Source: Prochlorococcus sp. AG-679-M23 | GTDB lineage: Bacteria; Cyanobacteriota; Cyanobacteriia; PCC-6307; Cyanobiaceae | Assembly: GCA_003208875.1 (NCBI GenBank) | Contig: QCUR01000001.1 | Span: 358,117-422,116, forward strand | Direction: 5' to 3' | Length of the DNA stretch: 64,000 nt | In this document: one piece after another, positions 28,579 to 38,782 of the stretch | Numbering within the stretch: the first letter of the stretch is position 1 | Layout of the letters: every line of letters starts with the position of its first letter | Position numbers and translations under genes: made by a program | Notes under the pieces: generated by a model | The model's database searches: none | Told to the model about the DNA's origin: nothing | The model's input: the letters and a program-made list of their open reading frames with translations, nothing else

Positions 28579-29373
28579 CTAAATATTTCCTACTAAAGTA
28601 ACTGTTCTAAATTCAATATCTTCAATAACTTTCCAAGGTTCATTACTTCTCTCCGCAAATTCTAAGTTTTTAAAACCTAGATCTTTAAAATCACTCAGGA
28701 ATTCTGGCTCATACCATGCTCCACTAATACATCCTGTCCATAGATTATGATCATTTTGCAATCTTAAAGGAACTTTTTTACTTGAGACAATATCGCTTAT
28801 GGCTATTCTTCCATTATCTTTAAGAACTCTTTTTATATTTCTTAAAAGATTTTTTCTAGATTCAGGATTTACTAAATTTAAAACACAATTACTTAAAATG
28901 ATATCAACTGATTTGTCTCCGATTAATGGATTTAAATCTTTATCTAATTCATCAAGATTTTCAATTGATCCTCCAAGAAATTCTGTGTTGATGAAACCTA
29001 TCTTTTCTGAAAACTTTTTGGAAGCATATCTTGATAATTTAAGCATATCAGGATTTTGATCAACCCCAATTACTTTCCCCTCTTCCCCAACAATTTGAGA
29101 ACAAATAAAGGCATTTTTGCCGCTTCCACTACCAAGATCTAAAACAACATCATTTTTCTTTACATATTTTGTTGGATCACCACATCCATAATCTCTCTCA
29201 ATAACTTCTTCAGGAATTGCTTCAAGTAAAACAGGATTAAAACCAACAGGTGTGCAAAGACAACTCTCTTTTTCTAATGCAGCAGAACCATACCTTTCTT
29301 GAATAGCATTTTTATGATCAAGACCTTTTGAATTTTTATTTAACTCATCAGTATTGCAGCAATCACTAGACAT
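28579..29373 (-). CDS. ArsM-like SAM-dependent methyltransferase
   Basis: LC.P, YGCGDP, LDLGSGSG, SNCVLNL, WTGCISGA. Confidence 0.8.
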   Translation of the reverse strand: MSSDCCNTDELNKNSKGLDHKNAIQERYGSAALEKESCLCTPVGFNPVLLEAIPEEVIERDYGCGDPTKYVKKNDVVLDLGSGSGKNAFICSQIVGEEGKVIGVDQNPDMLKLSRYASKKFSEKIGFINTEFLGGSIENLDELDKDLNPLIGDKSVDIILSNCVLNLVNPESRKNLLRNIKRVLKDNGRIAISDIVSSKKVPLRLQNDHNLWTGCISGAWYEPEFLSDFKDLGFKNLEFAERSNEPWKVIEDIEFRTVTLVGNI

Positions 29374-29405
29374 TAAAATTTTTCTGATTCTTAATTAATA
29401 TAGCC

Positions 29406-29434
29406 AAAAAAAAAACCCTATTTAGGGGTTTTTT
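29406..29434 (-). terminator. Intrinsic terminator (possibly bidirectional) after the DUF4278 gene
   Basis: A10-CCCT-ATTT-AGGG-G-T6. Confidence 0.65.
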
Positions 29435-29449
29435 CTTTTTTGAATTAAA

Positions 29450-29623
29450 TTATTTAGTGTAGTTAGCACCTCTGTAATTTAATTCTGCTTTTTCATTACT
29501 TGAAGAAGCGTCATCCATTCTATTGGTGTATACGTTTCTTCGGTAGGTAAGTTCAACAGGTTGCTTTTTAGCAGCCTTTTTATTTTGAACGTAGTTTTTA
29601 CCTCTGTAAGTTAAAGTAGTCAT
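29450..29623 (-). CDS. DUF4278-family small protein (57 aa from ATG 29623)
   Basis: Three L(T/N)YR(G/R)xxY repeats; lies downstream of the riboswitch. Confidence 0.85.
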   Translation of the reverse strand: MTTLTYRGKNYVQNKKAAKKQPVELTYRRNVYTNRMDDASSSNEKAELNYRGANYTK

Positions 29624-29645
29624 GTTTCGATGTGACAAAACGGCC

Positions 29646-29698
29646 ATCCCCCGTTCCTTGGTATGACTCGAACTGCGCCTTCTAAAGAAGGTGAACGA
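29646..29698 (-). ncRNA. Glutamine-II riboswitch (Downstream-peptide motif)
   Basis: Minus strand CGTTCA-CCTTC-TTTA-GAAGG-CGCAGTTCGAGTCATACCAAGGAACGGGGG; CGTTC/GAACG P1, P2 hairpin, 5' of a DUF4278 gene. Confidence 0.88.
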
Positions 29699-29701
29699 AA
29701 T

Positions 29702-29715
29702 GTAGCAATAGCTAC
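29702..29715. promoter_or_regulatory. NtcA binding site in a repressing position
   Basis: GTAGCAATAGCTAC = GTA-N8-TAC; 6 nt downstream of a minus-strand TATAAT (29722-29727), so it overlaps the expected start site. Confidence 0.8.
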
Positions 29716-29879
29716 TTTTTTATTATAAACGTATTTTTGTATTGCTGTCCAGATATTACGGATAGAAATAATTTTTTAATTTTTTTTTAATTATTATCTT
29801 AAGTAAATTTTGGTGTGATTTATATCTAAAAGGGATTAGGTTTATATTTAATTTCCGCTTTACTAATTAATTTAAATTT

Positions 29880-30140
29880 ATGACAGGGTTTTTATATTTT
29901 TTGGGAAATACTTTGAGATGGCCCGCTTTAAAACCAAAAGAATTTTTTTCTTTACATGCATACTTTACTATTATTTATTTGATAACTTTTACATTAAGTA
30001 AGAATGAAGTTAATCAGTCAAATTTAGTATTTACATTAGGAATTTTAGCTCCTCTTTTAATAGCTATAGGTCAAGGACTTCCTGTAAATTGCTTAGATTT
30101 TAAATCATCATTAACTAAGGAATTAAGCAAAGAGTCTTAA
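29880..30140 (+). CDS. Small membrane hypothetical protein
   Basis: ORF track; two hydrophobic segments. Confidence 0.7.
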   Translation: MTGFLYFLGNTLRWPALKPKEFFSLHAYFTIIYLITFTLSKNEVNQSNLVFTLGILAPLLIAIGQGLPVNCLDFKSSLTKELSKES

Positions 30141-30161
30141 AAAAGATTTTCAAAAAATAGC

Positions 30162-30407
30162 TTATAAAACTTGGACTACTTCACTAATTTCAGGAATCAT
30201 TTCTTTTAGCTTTCTTTCTATCCCCATTTTTAATGTCATGGTACTGCTTGGGCAGCTTCCACATGCTCCTTGAAGTCTTACTTTAACAATGGGACCATCA
30301 ATTTCTGCTATTTCTACATTACCTCCATCTGATATTAAGAAAGGTCTTAGTTCATCTAAAACTGTTTCTACATTTTCATTTGTAAGTGGTAATGTTTCAG
30401 TACTCAT
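30162..30407 (-). CDS. NifU/NfuA-like Fe-S carrier
   Basis: [21 protein letters not shown]. Confidence 0.95.
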   Translation of the reverse strand: MSTETLPLTNENVETVLDELRPFLISDGGNVEIAEIDGPIVKVRLQGACGSCPSSTMTLKMGIERKLKEMIPEISEVVQVL

Positions 30408-30478
30408 AATTTTAAATTAACTTTATAATAAGACTAGAAAGAAATGCGATTAATTGCAAAAAAAATAATTTTTCTGTT

Positions 30479-31972
30479 GTGACTTCTAAAAGCATCTTAA
30501 ATAAAAATAATAGTTATGATGCGATATTGGTAGGGGCAGGAATAATGAGCGGAACACTTGCCTTATTAATTACAGAAATTTTACCTACAATAAAAATATT
30601 AATTATAGAAAAGTTAAATAAACCAGGTAGTGAAAGTACTGGTGCATTTAATAATGCAGGAACTGGTCATGCTGCAAATTGCGAATTAAATTACACCCCC
30701 GTAGATGAAAATGGAGATTTACAAATAGATAAAGCCCTTTCTATAAATCGTTCCTTTGAAAATTCAATGTCTTTATGGGCCTCATTGTACTCGAAAGGGA
30801 AGATAGATATTAAAAAATTTTTAAAATTTATTCCTCATATAAGCTTTGTCACAGGGACTGAAAATATTTCTTTTTTAAAAAAAAGATTTATAGCAATGTC
30901 TAAATATCCAGAGTTCGCAGACATGGAATTTTCATCATCTTTTAATCAAATAAAATCATGGGCACCACTTATTACTACTAGTAGAGATCCATTAGATAAA
31001 GTAGCAGCTACTCGAATAAAAAGAGGAACTGATATCAATTTTCAAGCTTTAACAAGAGAATATCTAACTTATATTTCTAAGAATAAGAATGTTGAAATTT
31101 GTTATAATACAGAATTAATAGATTTAAAGAAAACAGATAAAAAACAATGGAAATTAAAAGTTCGTTCACTTGGTAAAATCGTTTCCCTGAACACTTCATA
31201 CGTTTTCCTTGGAGCTGGTGGCAAAACAATAAACTTTTTGCAAAAATCTAAAATTCCCGAAGCTAAAATATATGGTGGTTTTCCTGTTAGTGGAAAATGG
31301 CTTATTTGTGAGGAAAAGTCTTTAACGGAAAAACATAATGCAAAAGTATATGGGAAAGCAGATATAGGATCACCTCCAATGTCAGTGCCGCATTTAGATA
31401 CAAGATGGATTGAAGGCAAAAAATTTCTTCTCTATGGCCCTTTTGCTGGTTTCACGACTAAATTCTTAAAAAAAGGCTCTTATTTAGATTTATTTAGTTC
31501 AATTAAAAAAAGTAATTTATTTTCTATGTTTGATGTTGGGATTAAGAATAACGAATTAATTAATTATCTTTTTTCACAATCTCTTAAGAGTCATAATTCT
31601 AGAGTTGAAAATTTAAGGAATATGATGCCATCAGCTGAGCCTTCGAATTGGTATTTAGAGAATGCTGGGCAAAGAGTTCAAATAATCAAAAAAACTAAAG
31701 ATGGAGGTTCTTTGCAATTTGGCACGGAAATTGTCAACTCGGGAGATGGTTCACTTTCTGCTTTATTAGGTGCTTCTCCTGGAGCTAGTACAGCAGTTTC
31801 AATAATGATTGAGGTTTTAAAAAAATCTTGCCTTTTTAATGCTGATAAATTTGAGCTTGAGAATAAATTAAGTAATCTTCTTTATGAATCTGAAATAAAA
31901 AATGAAAGAGATAATAATTTTTTAGAAATTATTAAAAAAAGAAATAATTCTATTCTAGGTTTCCATCCATAA
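30479..31972 (+). CDS. mqo: Malate:quinone oxidoreductase
   Basis: [39 protein letters not shown]. Confidence 0.96.
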   Translation: MTSKSILNKNNSYDAILVGAGIMSGTLALLITEILPTIKILIIEKLNKPGSESTGAFNNAGTGHAANCELNYTPVDENGDLQIDKALSINRSFENSMSLWASLYSKGKIDIKKFLKFIPHISFVTGTENISFLKKRFIAMSKYPEFADMEFSSSFNQIKSWAPLITTSRDPLDKVAATRIKRGTDINFQALTREYLTYISKNKNVEICYNTELIDLKKTDKKQWKLKVRSLGKIVSLNTSYVFLGAGGKTINFLQKSKIPEAKIYGGFPVSGKWLICEEKSLTEKHNAKVYGKADIGSPPMSVPHLDTRWIEGKKFLLYGPFAGFTTKFLKKGSYLDLFSSIKKSNLFSMFDVGIKNNELINYLFSQSLKSHNSRVENLRNMMPSAEPSNWYLENAGQRVQIIKKTKDGGSLQFGTEIVNSGDGSLSALLGASPGASTAVSIMIEVLKKSCLFNADKFELENKLSNLLYESEIKNERDNNFLEIIKKRNNSILGFHP

Positions 31973-32029
31973 TCTTAATTAGCTATTATGGATTAAGAGA
32001 AAAAATATAGGAATCGTTCTTTAATATAT

Positions 32030-33838
32030 ATGACTGATATATCTGTTTCAAAAATAAGAAATTTTTGCATAATAGCTCATATTGATCATGGTAAATCTAC
32101 TCTCGCTGATAGGTTGCTTCAAGATACTGGTACTGTGAAGCAAAGGGATATGCAAGATCAGTTTTTGGACAGTATGGATCTTGAAAGAGAAAGGGGTATA
32201 ACAATCAAATTACAGGCTGCAAGAATGAAATATAAAGCAAAAGATTCGCAAGAATATATTTTAAATTTAATTGACACGCCAGGACATGTTGATTTTTCTT
32301 ATGAAGTAAGTAGATCTTTGCAGGCTTGTGAAGGTGCTTTATTAGTTGTTGATGCAAGTCAAGGTGTAGAGGCTCAAACTTTAGCCAATGTTTATCTTGC
32401 CCTTGAAAATAATTTAGAAATAATTCCTGTCTTAAATAAAGTTGATTTACCTGGTGCTGATGCTGAAAAAATAAAGCAAGAAATTGAAGAGATTATTGGA
32501 TTAGACACATCTAATGCAATAAATTGTTCTGCTAAAACTGGAGAAGGAATAGAAGATATATTAGAAGCAGTTGTGAGTAGAATTCCTCATCCTCAAAATG
32601 AAGTTAAATCTCTTACTAAGGCGCTTATCTTTGACTCTTATTATGACCCCTATAGAGGTGTAATTGTTTACTTCAGAGTGATAGCTGGGTCAATCAATAA
32701 AAAGGACAAGATCTTACTTATGGCAAGTAAGAAAAACTATGAGTTAGATGAAATTGGAATAATGGCTCCTGATGAGAAGCAAGTTAATGAACTTCATGCG
32801 GGAGAAGTTGGTTATCTGGCTGCATCTATTAAGTCAGTAGCTGATGCAAGAGTGGGAGATACAATCACACTATTTAATTCTCCTGCTAAAGATCCTCTTC
32901 CTGGATATAAAACAGCTAATCCTATGGTGTTTTGTGGATTGTTCCCAACTGATGCTGATCAATATCCAGATTTAAGAGAGTCTTTAGAAAAACTGCAATT
33001 ATCTGATGCAGCGCTTAAATACGAACCCGAGACAAGTAGTGCTATGGGATTCGGCTTTAGATGTGGATTTTTAGGACTTCTTCATATGGAAATTGTTCAG
33101 GAAAGATTGGAGAGGGAATATGATTTGGATTTGATAGTAACAGCACCTTCAGTTATATATAAAGTTAATTTGAACGATCAGGAAGAAATATTAATTGATA
33201 ATCCTTCTACAATCCCAGATCCTCAATCAAGAGAATCAATAGAAGAACCCTATGTAAAAATGGAAATTTATTCTCCCAATGAATTTAACGGGACACTAAT
33301 GGGTTTATGCCAAGAAAGAAGAGGTATTTTTATTGACATGAAATATATCACTACAGATAGAGTGACTTTGATTTACGAAATACCATTAGCAGAAGTCGTT
33401 ACTGATTTTTTTGATCAAATGAAAAGTAGAACTCAAGGATATGCATCAATGGAATACCATTTGATTGGATATAGAAAAAATGATCTTGTTAGGTTAGATG
33501 TTCTTATAAATTCTGAAAGAGCTGATCCTTTAACTTCTATTGTTCATAAAGATAAGGCCTATGGAATTGGTAGGGGCTTAGTAGAGAAATTAAAGGAGCT
33601 TATACCAAAACAACAATTTAAAATACCAATTCAGGCTTCAATAGGTAGTCGTATTATTGCAAGCGAAAGTATTAGTGCATTAAGAAAAGATGTCCTTTCT
33701 AAGTGCTACGGGGGAGATATCTCTAGAAAAAAGAAACTTTTGAAGAAGCAAGCTAAAGGGAAAAAGAGGATGAAGGCAATGGGTAAAGTTGATGTACCTC
33801 AAGAAGCTTTTATGGCAGTTCTGAAATTAAATCAGTAA
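32030..33838 (+). CDS. lepA: Elongation factor 4
   Basis: [36 protein letters not shown]. Confidence 0.99.
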   Translation: MTDISVSKIRNFCIIAHIDHGKSTLADRLLQDTGTVKQRDMQDQFLDSMDLERERGITIKLQAARMKYKAKDSQEYILNLIDTPGHVDFSYEVSRSLQACEGALLVVDASQGVEAQTLANVYLALENNLEIIPVLNKVDLPGADAEKIKQEIEEIIGLDTSNAINCSAKTGEGIEDILEAVVSRIPHPQNEVKSLTKALIFDSYYDPYRGVIVYFRVIAGSINKKDKILLMASKKNYELDEIGIMAPDEKQVNELHAGEVGYLAASIKSVADARVGDTITLFNSPAKDPLPGYKTANPMVFCGLFPTDADQYPDLRESLEKLQLSDAALKYEPETSSAMGFGFRCGFLGLLHMEIVQERLEREYDLDLIVTAPSVIYKVNLNDQEEILIDNPSTIPDPQSRESIEEPYVKMEIYSPNEFNGTLMGLCQERRGIFIDMKYITTDRVTLIYEIPLAEVVTDFFDQMKSRTQGYASMEYHLIGYRKNDLVRLDVLINSERADPLTSIVHKDKAYGIGRGLVEKLKELIPKQQFKIPIQASIGSRIIASESISALRKDVLSKCYGGDISRKKKLLKKQAKGKKRMKAMGKVDVPQEAFMAVLKLNQ

Positions 33839-33920
33839 TTAATTTCAATTTAAAAACTAAAAGCTATTTAATCTTTGAAACAATAGGTATATTTTAGTTG
33901 ATTCGAATAATCATAAATTT

Positions 33921-34754
33921 GTGAATTCAAACTCATCAAATCAAGTTGCTCAGAACATTAGAAGGACTGGATTTTTAATTGTACTTTCATATCTTTTAAT
34001 AGTATTAATCATGAAAATATTAGAGGCTAATAACTTTTTTGGTTATTCTTTATCATCATTTAGTAATGATATTTTTGCACCACCTTCCTTAAAGCATTTA
34101 TGTGGTACTGATAGATTAGGAAGAGATGTTTGTTTAAGAACTTTACAAGGTTCATCTATAGCTATTGAAGTTGTATTCCTTGCAATTTTCTTTGCTTTAA
34201 TTTTAGGCCTTCCATTAGGGTTGTTGAGTGGATATTTTGGAGGGATCCTTGATAAATTCTTATCACTTGTAATGGATACTATTTTTTCAATTCCTGTTAT
34301 TTTGCTCTCAGTAGTAGTAGCTTTTGTACTTGGTAAAGGGATTATTAATGCCTCTATAGCCCTATGTATAGTTTATTCTCCTCAATATTTTAGACTAATC
34401 AGAAATCAAACAATGTTAATAAAATCAGAGACATATGTTGAAGCTGCAAGGGTTTCGGGGGCTGATGTTAAAACTATAATTTTTAAATATATACTTCCAA
34501 ATGTGATAACTCCTTTACCTATTCTCCTTACTTTAAATGCTGCGGATGCTGTTTTGGTATTAGGAAGTTTGGGATTTTTAGGGTTAGGAGTTCCTGCAAA
34601 TGTTCCAGAATGGGGAAGTGATCTTAATCTTGCGCTTGCGGCAATACCAACTGGGATTTGGTGGACTGCATTATTCCCAGGATTAGCAATGTTTTTTTTA
34701 GTCTTAGGTCTTTCTTTTATAGGAGAAGAACTAGAAAATATTTTTGAGAATTGA
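33921..34754 (+). CDS. Peptide ABC transporter permease (DppC/OppC family)
   Basis: GTDRLGRD, YVEAARVSGA, PEWG. Confidence 0.9.
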   Translation: MNSNSSNQVAQNIRRTGFLIVLSYLLIVLIMKILEANNFFGYSLSSFSNDIFAPPSLKHLCGTDRLGRDVCLRTLQGSSIAIEVVFLAIFFALILGLPLGLLSGYFGGILDKFLSLVMDTIFSIPVILLSVVVAFVLGKGIINASIALCIVYSPQYFRLIRNQTMLIKSETYVEAARVSGADVKTIIFKYILPNVITPLPILLTLNAADAVLVLGSLGFLGLGVPANVPEWGSDLNLALAAIPTGIWWTALFPGLAMFFLVLGLSFIGEELENIFEN

Positions 34755-34774
34755 AAAGTTAATTTTGATATTTT

Positions 34775-35446
34775 TTAGTTATTAGCAACTTCATTAATTT
34801 CTCCATACTGATTTATCTTTGGATATTTATTTCCAGACTTTCTGTATATAGAAGCTAACTCAGGATAACTCCATTCAAATAATGTTTTTTCGTATTCTTC
34901 TGCACTTAAACCTTCTCCTTTAAGAGGAAGTAAACTCTTACTTTCTCTTTGTCGAATAGCTTCAAAAAGTAAAATAGAAGCTGCTACTGAAACATTCAAA
35001 GATTGGACCATTCCTGACATTGGAATGAAGATTGATTCATCAACTTTTGAAATTAGTTGATCACTTAACCCCCACTTTTCTGCTCCTAAAACAAAACAAG
35101 TATTTTCTGAATAGTCAAAATTCCTGTAATCAGTTGATCTCTCATTTAGTGTTGTTCCGTATAATTTAAAACCTTTCTTTTTTAGTTCAGATACTGCAGA
35201 AATCGTTGTCTCATGATTATTCAATTTGACCCATTTTTGACTCCCTTGAGCTGTACTGTTAAAAGTTTTAACTTTGTCTTTTTCACAAATAAAATTTGCT
35301 TCAAAAACACCTGCCGCATCACATGTTCTTAATATCGCAGATAAATTGTGTGGCTTATTTACTGCCTCTACTAGAACCGTTAAGTTTTTCATTCTGCAAT
35401 TTAAAACATTTTTTATTCGCTCAAATCTTCTTGGCAAAATTGACAT
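34775..35446 (-). CDS. trmH: tRNA (Gm18) 2'-O-methyltransferase
   Basis: KPHNLSAILRTCDA, GAEKWG, IPM.GMVQSLNVSVA. Confidence 0.93.
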   Translation of the reverse strand: MSILPRRFERIKNVLNCRMKNLTVLVEAVNKPHNLSAILRTCDAAGVFEANFICEKDKVKTFNSTAQGSQKWVKLNNHETTISAVSELKKKGFKLYGTTLNERSTDYRNFDYSENTCFVLGAEKWGLSDQLISKVDESIFIPMSGMVQSLNVSVAASILLFEAIRQRESKSLLPLKGEGLSAEEYEKTLFEWSYPELASIYRKSGNKYPKINQYGEINEVANN

Positions 35447-35615
35447 CTTAAAAATGTTTAAAGTTGATTTAATTATATTCGTTCCAAAAATATAATTTAA
35501 AATATAAATTTTTTAAAGTTTTAAATAATTACTTTTATATTACTTCAAATTCAATCTATGGATTAATTAATCGGTTATTTAGTTTATACTGTTCTAGTAA
35601 TTTAGACGAGATTAA

Positions 35616-35819
35616 ATGGCTTACATTGAATGGGATTATACGGTTATAACTAGTATGGTAGAAGCCCAGGGCTGGACGTTACCAGAGCATGAATCAAAAG
35701 AATGGAAACAATTTAACGATGAACTTGGAGAGAAGATGAGAGGAGTTGGAATTGTGTTCGAAAAATATTGTAAATTCGCTCCAGATATTGGAGAAGGGGT
35801 TCATCTTTTAGATGATTAA
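35616..35819 (+). CDS. Small acidic hypothetical protein (67 aa)
   Basis: Isolated ORF, GC-richer than its flanks, GAG upstream, hairpin downstream. Confidence 0.7.
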   Translation: MAYIEWDYTVITSMVEAQGWTLPEHESKEWKQFNDELGEKMRGVGIVFEKYCKFAPDIGEGVHLLDD

Positions 35820-35826
35820 AAATTTA

Positions 35827-35856
35827 AACCATTGATGTATCCCTTAATCAATGGTT
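35827..35856. terminator. 10-bp inverted repeat after 35616..35819
   Basis: AACCATTGAT-N10-ATCAATGGTT. Confidence 0.5.
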
Positions 35857-36031
35857 ATTAATTTATACATTAGGAAAATTTTGATTGAATTAGAGAAAGA
35901 AATTATTAAGGCTTTATAAAGCTTCTTTTGAAACTCTATAAGTAACGTTAATAAAAATCTTTAAAAAGCTTTTAATTATTAATTGTCCACAAAAAAGTTA
36001 TTTAAATTTTATATTTAAGTAAAAAGGTAAG

Positions 36032-36424
36032 ATGCAAAATAAATTAATCTTTTTATTCGATGGTGGTTGCCCATTATGTCTTAGAGAAACTAATTTCTTA
36101 AAAAGCAAAGACGAGTTAAATAAAATTGACTTTGTTGATATAAATAATATTAATTATAATCCTGTTCTTTTTAAGAACATCTCATATGCAGAAGCAATGT
36201 CAAATCTTCATGGGATTTTAGAAAATGGAAATATTATCAAAGGGCTAGACGTATTAGCATATTCATATGAATTAATAGGGTTAGGGTGGGTTTACTATCC
36301 TTTGAAAATTGAATTCCTTGCGCCGGTTTTGAGGTTATTTTATAAATATTGGGCAAAATACAGACTTAAAATTACTGGCAGAAGGAATATTGATAAACTC
36401 TGTACTTCTGAATGTAAGCAGTAA
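36032..36424 (+). CDS. DCC-family thiol-disulfide oxidoreductase (DUF393)
   Basis: FDGGCPLC, G.D....Y..IG.GW, Y..WAKYR. Confidence 0.88.
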   Translation: MQNKLIFLFDGGCPLCLRETNFLKSKDELNKIDFVDINNINYNPVLFKNISYAEAMSNLHGILENGNIIKGLDVLAYSYELIGLGWVYYPLKIEFLAPVLRLFYKYWAKYRLKITGRRNIDKLCTSECKQ

Positions 36425-36425
36425 A

Positions 36426-36662
36426 ATGGAGATTATTGATATAGACAGATTAATCGAGATGTGTTGGGAAGATAGAACTCCTTTTGAAGCTATTGAGTAT
36501 CAATTTGGTTTAAAAGAGGAAGATGCTATTAAAATAATGAGAAATAATCTTAAGCCAAAATCATTTAAAGTCTGGAGAAAAAGAGTTTCTGGAAGAAAAA
36601 CAAAACATATGGAACTTAAAGATTCAACTAGATTTAAATCTACTCATAAAAGAAAATTATAA
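36426..36662 (+). CDS. TIGR03643/DUF2805-family protein (start revised to ATG 36426)
   Basis: RLIEMCWEDRTPFEAI..QFGL.E...I..MR, WRKRVSGRKTKH. Confidence 0.88.
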   Translation: MEIIDIDRLIEMCWEDRTPFEAIEYQFGLKEEDAIKIMRNNLKPKSFKVWRKRVSGRKTKHMELKDSTRFKSTHKRKL

Positions 36663-36665
36663 ATT

Positions 36666-36797
36666 TTGAAAATCTTACCAAGCAAAATATGTCCTGTTTG
36701 CAACAGGCCATTTAATTGGCGCAAAAAATGGAAGGATTGTTGGGAGGAAGTCAAATACTGTTCTAATAAATGCAGAAATAGGAAGTCATTAATATGA
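36666..36797 (+). CDS. DUF2256-family Zn-finger-like protein (43 aa, TTG start; not in ORF track)
   Basis: [38 protein letters not shown] overlap with the photolyase. Confidence 0.85.
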   Translation: MKILPSKICPVCNRPFNWRKKWKDCWEEVKYCSNKCRNRKSLI

Positions 36798-38284
36798 ATG
36801 AGATATCTATCATATTTCCAAATCAACTTTTTAGAGAAAGCCCACTCTTGAAATTAAATTGTGAAATTTTGATGATAGAAGATTCATTATTTTTTGGTAA
36901 TGATAAATTTCAAAAGTCAATTAATCACAAAAACAAATTAATTTTCCATAAAGCCTCAATGCTTGCCTATAAAAAATATCTGGAAAATTCAGGTCATAAA
37001 ATTCTTTATAGCGAGAATAGAAATAATCTTTCCACGGTTGAGTATTTATCAAAATATATGCAAGGAAAATATCAAAAGATAAATATTATTAATCCTCATG
37101 ATTTTTTAATTATGAAGAGGATAAATAGATTTGTTGAAGCTAACAATCTCAAATTACAAGTTTTCAAATCCCCAATGTTTGTTACTAATGAAGACGTACG
37201 AGAAGCTTTTAAATCTAATACCAAAAAAGCCTTGATGGGAAGATTTTATGAGAATCAAAGAAGAAGTCAAAATATATTATTAAATCCTGATGGCTCACCT
37301 CAAGGAGGTAAATGGAGTTTTGATGAATTAAATAGAAAAAAATTACCCAAGAAAGTAAATATTCCTGAAATCCCAAAATTACCAAAAAATCAGTTTGTAA
37401 TTCAGGCTGAAAAGATAATTTCTAATCTAGAGATAGAGTTTATAGGTGAAAGTAATCATTTTATATATCCAACTTCTTTCGAAGAAGCTGATAGTTGGCT
37501 TCATGATTTTTTTGAAAATAGATTTTCTTTATTTGGCGATTATGAAGATGCAATTAGTAAGGAAAAAGTTTTTTTATGGCATAGTTTACTTTCCCCTCTT
37601 TTAAATAGCGGTTTATTGACTGCCAAAGAAGTTATAAATAAGGCATTAACTTATGGTGAAAAAAATAAAGTTCCTATTAACTCTCTAGAAGGTTTTATTC
37701 GTCAAATAGTTGGATGGAGAGAATTCATTTGCTTAGTTTATGAAAAATATGGTACAAAAATGCGTACTACTAATTTTTGGAATTTTGATAATAAGCCTAT
37801 GCCTGAGTGTTTCTATAAGGGAACCACAGGAATCGATCCAGTAGATATCGTAATAAATAATATTATTAAATACGGTTATTGCCATCATATTGAGAGGCTT
37901 ATGATAATAGGTAACTTTATGCTTTTATGTCGTATACATCCTGATCATGTTTATAAATGGTTTATGGAAATGTTTATAGATTCTTACGATTGGGTAATGG
38001 TCCCTAATGTTTATGGAATGAGTCAGTTTAGTGATGGAGGGATCTTTTCAACAAAACCTTATATTTCTAGCTCAAATTATGTGAAAAAAATGTCTGATTA
38101 TAAATGTGGCCCTTGGTGTTCAATCTGGGATGGTTTGTTTTGGAAATTTATAAAAGATAATGAAACTTATTTTAGAAAACAATATAGACTTGCAATGTTA
38201 ACGAGAAATTTAGATAAAATGAGTGACGAAAAGCTAAATAGTCATTTAAGAATAGGTGAGGAATTTATTAATAATCTTTATTAA
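36794..38284 (+). CDS. Cryptochrome/photolyase, PhrB/CryB (bacterial 6-4 photolyase) clade
   Basis: [50 protein letters not shown]. Confidence 0.92.
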   Translation: MNEISIIFPNQLFRESPLLKLNCEILMIEDSLFFGNDKFQKSINHKNKLIFHKASMLAYKKYLENSGHKILYSENRNNLSTVEYLSKYMQGKYQKINIINPHDFLIMKRINRFVEANNLKLQVFKSPMFVTNEDVREAFKSNTKKALMGRFYENQRRSQNILLNPDGSPQGGKWSFDELNRKKLPKKVNIPEIPKLPKNQFVIQAEKIISNLEIEFIGESNHFIYPTSFEEADSWLHDFFENRFSLFGDYEDAISKEKVFLWHSLLSPLLNSGLLTAKEVINKALTYGEKNKVPINSLEGFIRQIVGWREFICLVYEKYGTKMRTTNFWNFDNKPMPECFYKGTTGIDPVDIVINNIIKYGYCHHIERLMIIGNFMLLCRIHPDHVYKWFMEMFIDSYDWVMVPNVYGMSQFSDGGIFSTKPYISSSNYVKKMSDYKCGPWCSIWDGLFWKFIKDNETYFRKQYRLAMLTRNLDKMSDEKLNSHLRIGEEFINNLY

Positions 38285-38585
38285 AACAAATACTAAATTT
38301 ATAGCTAATTTTAAAACTTAAGAGAATCTAATGATATTAATAAATATTTAAAACACATGTTAGATTGATAGATATATAGATCATTAATTAATCTAAAATA
38401 ATTTATCTAGGTGTAATTTTTACTATTTTGCTTCCTTTTTTTAATTTTGATTGAATAATAAACTTGTACTTGAAATTAAGTGCTCAAAAAGAATTATTTC
38501 CTTTCAAAGCTAGATATGTTATTTATTTAGAAAAAATAAATGAAGACTTACTTTTAATCTCTTTAAATTTTTGTCCTAATTGTAA

Positions 38586-38723
38586 ATGAAAAAAAATAAA
38601 AAAAATAGATTATTTTCAAGAGAAAAAGTCCATTCTCTTAACATCTACATATTTTTGGGATTCAATTTAACCTTAGTAAGTGTTCTTGGTTTTATTTGGT
38701 TTAATACTTCAATTAATAGCTAA
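38586..38723 (+). CDS. 45-aa single-TM protein MKKNKKNRLFSREKVHSLNIYIFLGFNLTLVSVLGFIWFNTSINS (not in ORF track)
   Basis: Manual translation; basic N-terminus plus one TM helix. Confidence 0.5.
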   Translation: MKKNKKNRLFSREKVHSLNIYIFLGFNLTLVSVLGFIWFNTSINS

Positions 38724-38782
38724 GAACAATATTCATAATTAATAGTATATTTAGCATATATTACTAAACAAGATTTTATAAA

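Noticed and set aside
9458..35950. Exact 15-mer CTATAAGTAACGTTA at 9458 (upstream of sepF) and 35936 (upstream of DUF393)
   Set aside because: A rough estimate gives tens of chance 15-mer matches in 64 kb at this AT content. There are only two copies and no functional link.
36644..36826. Minus-strand 60-aa ORF in the track
   Set aside because: It is the antisense shadow of the plus-strand DUF2256 gene at 36666..36797.
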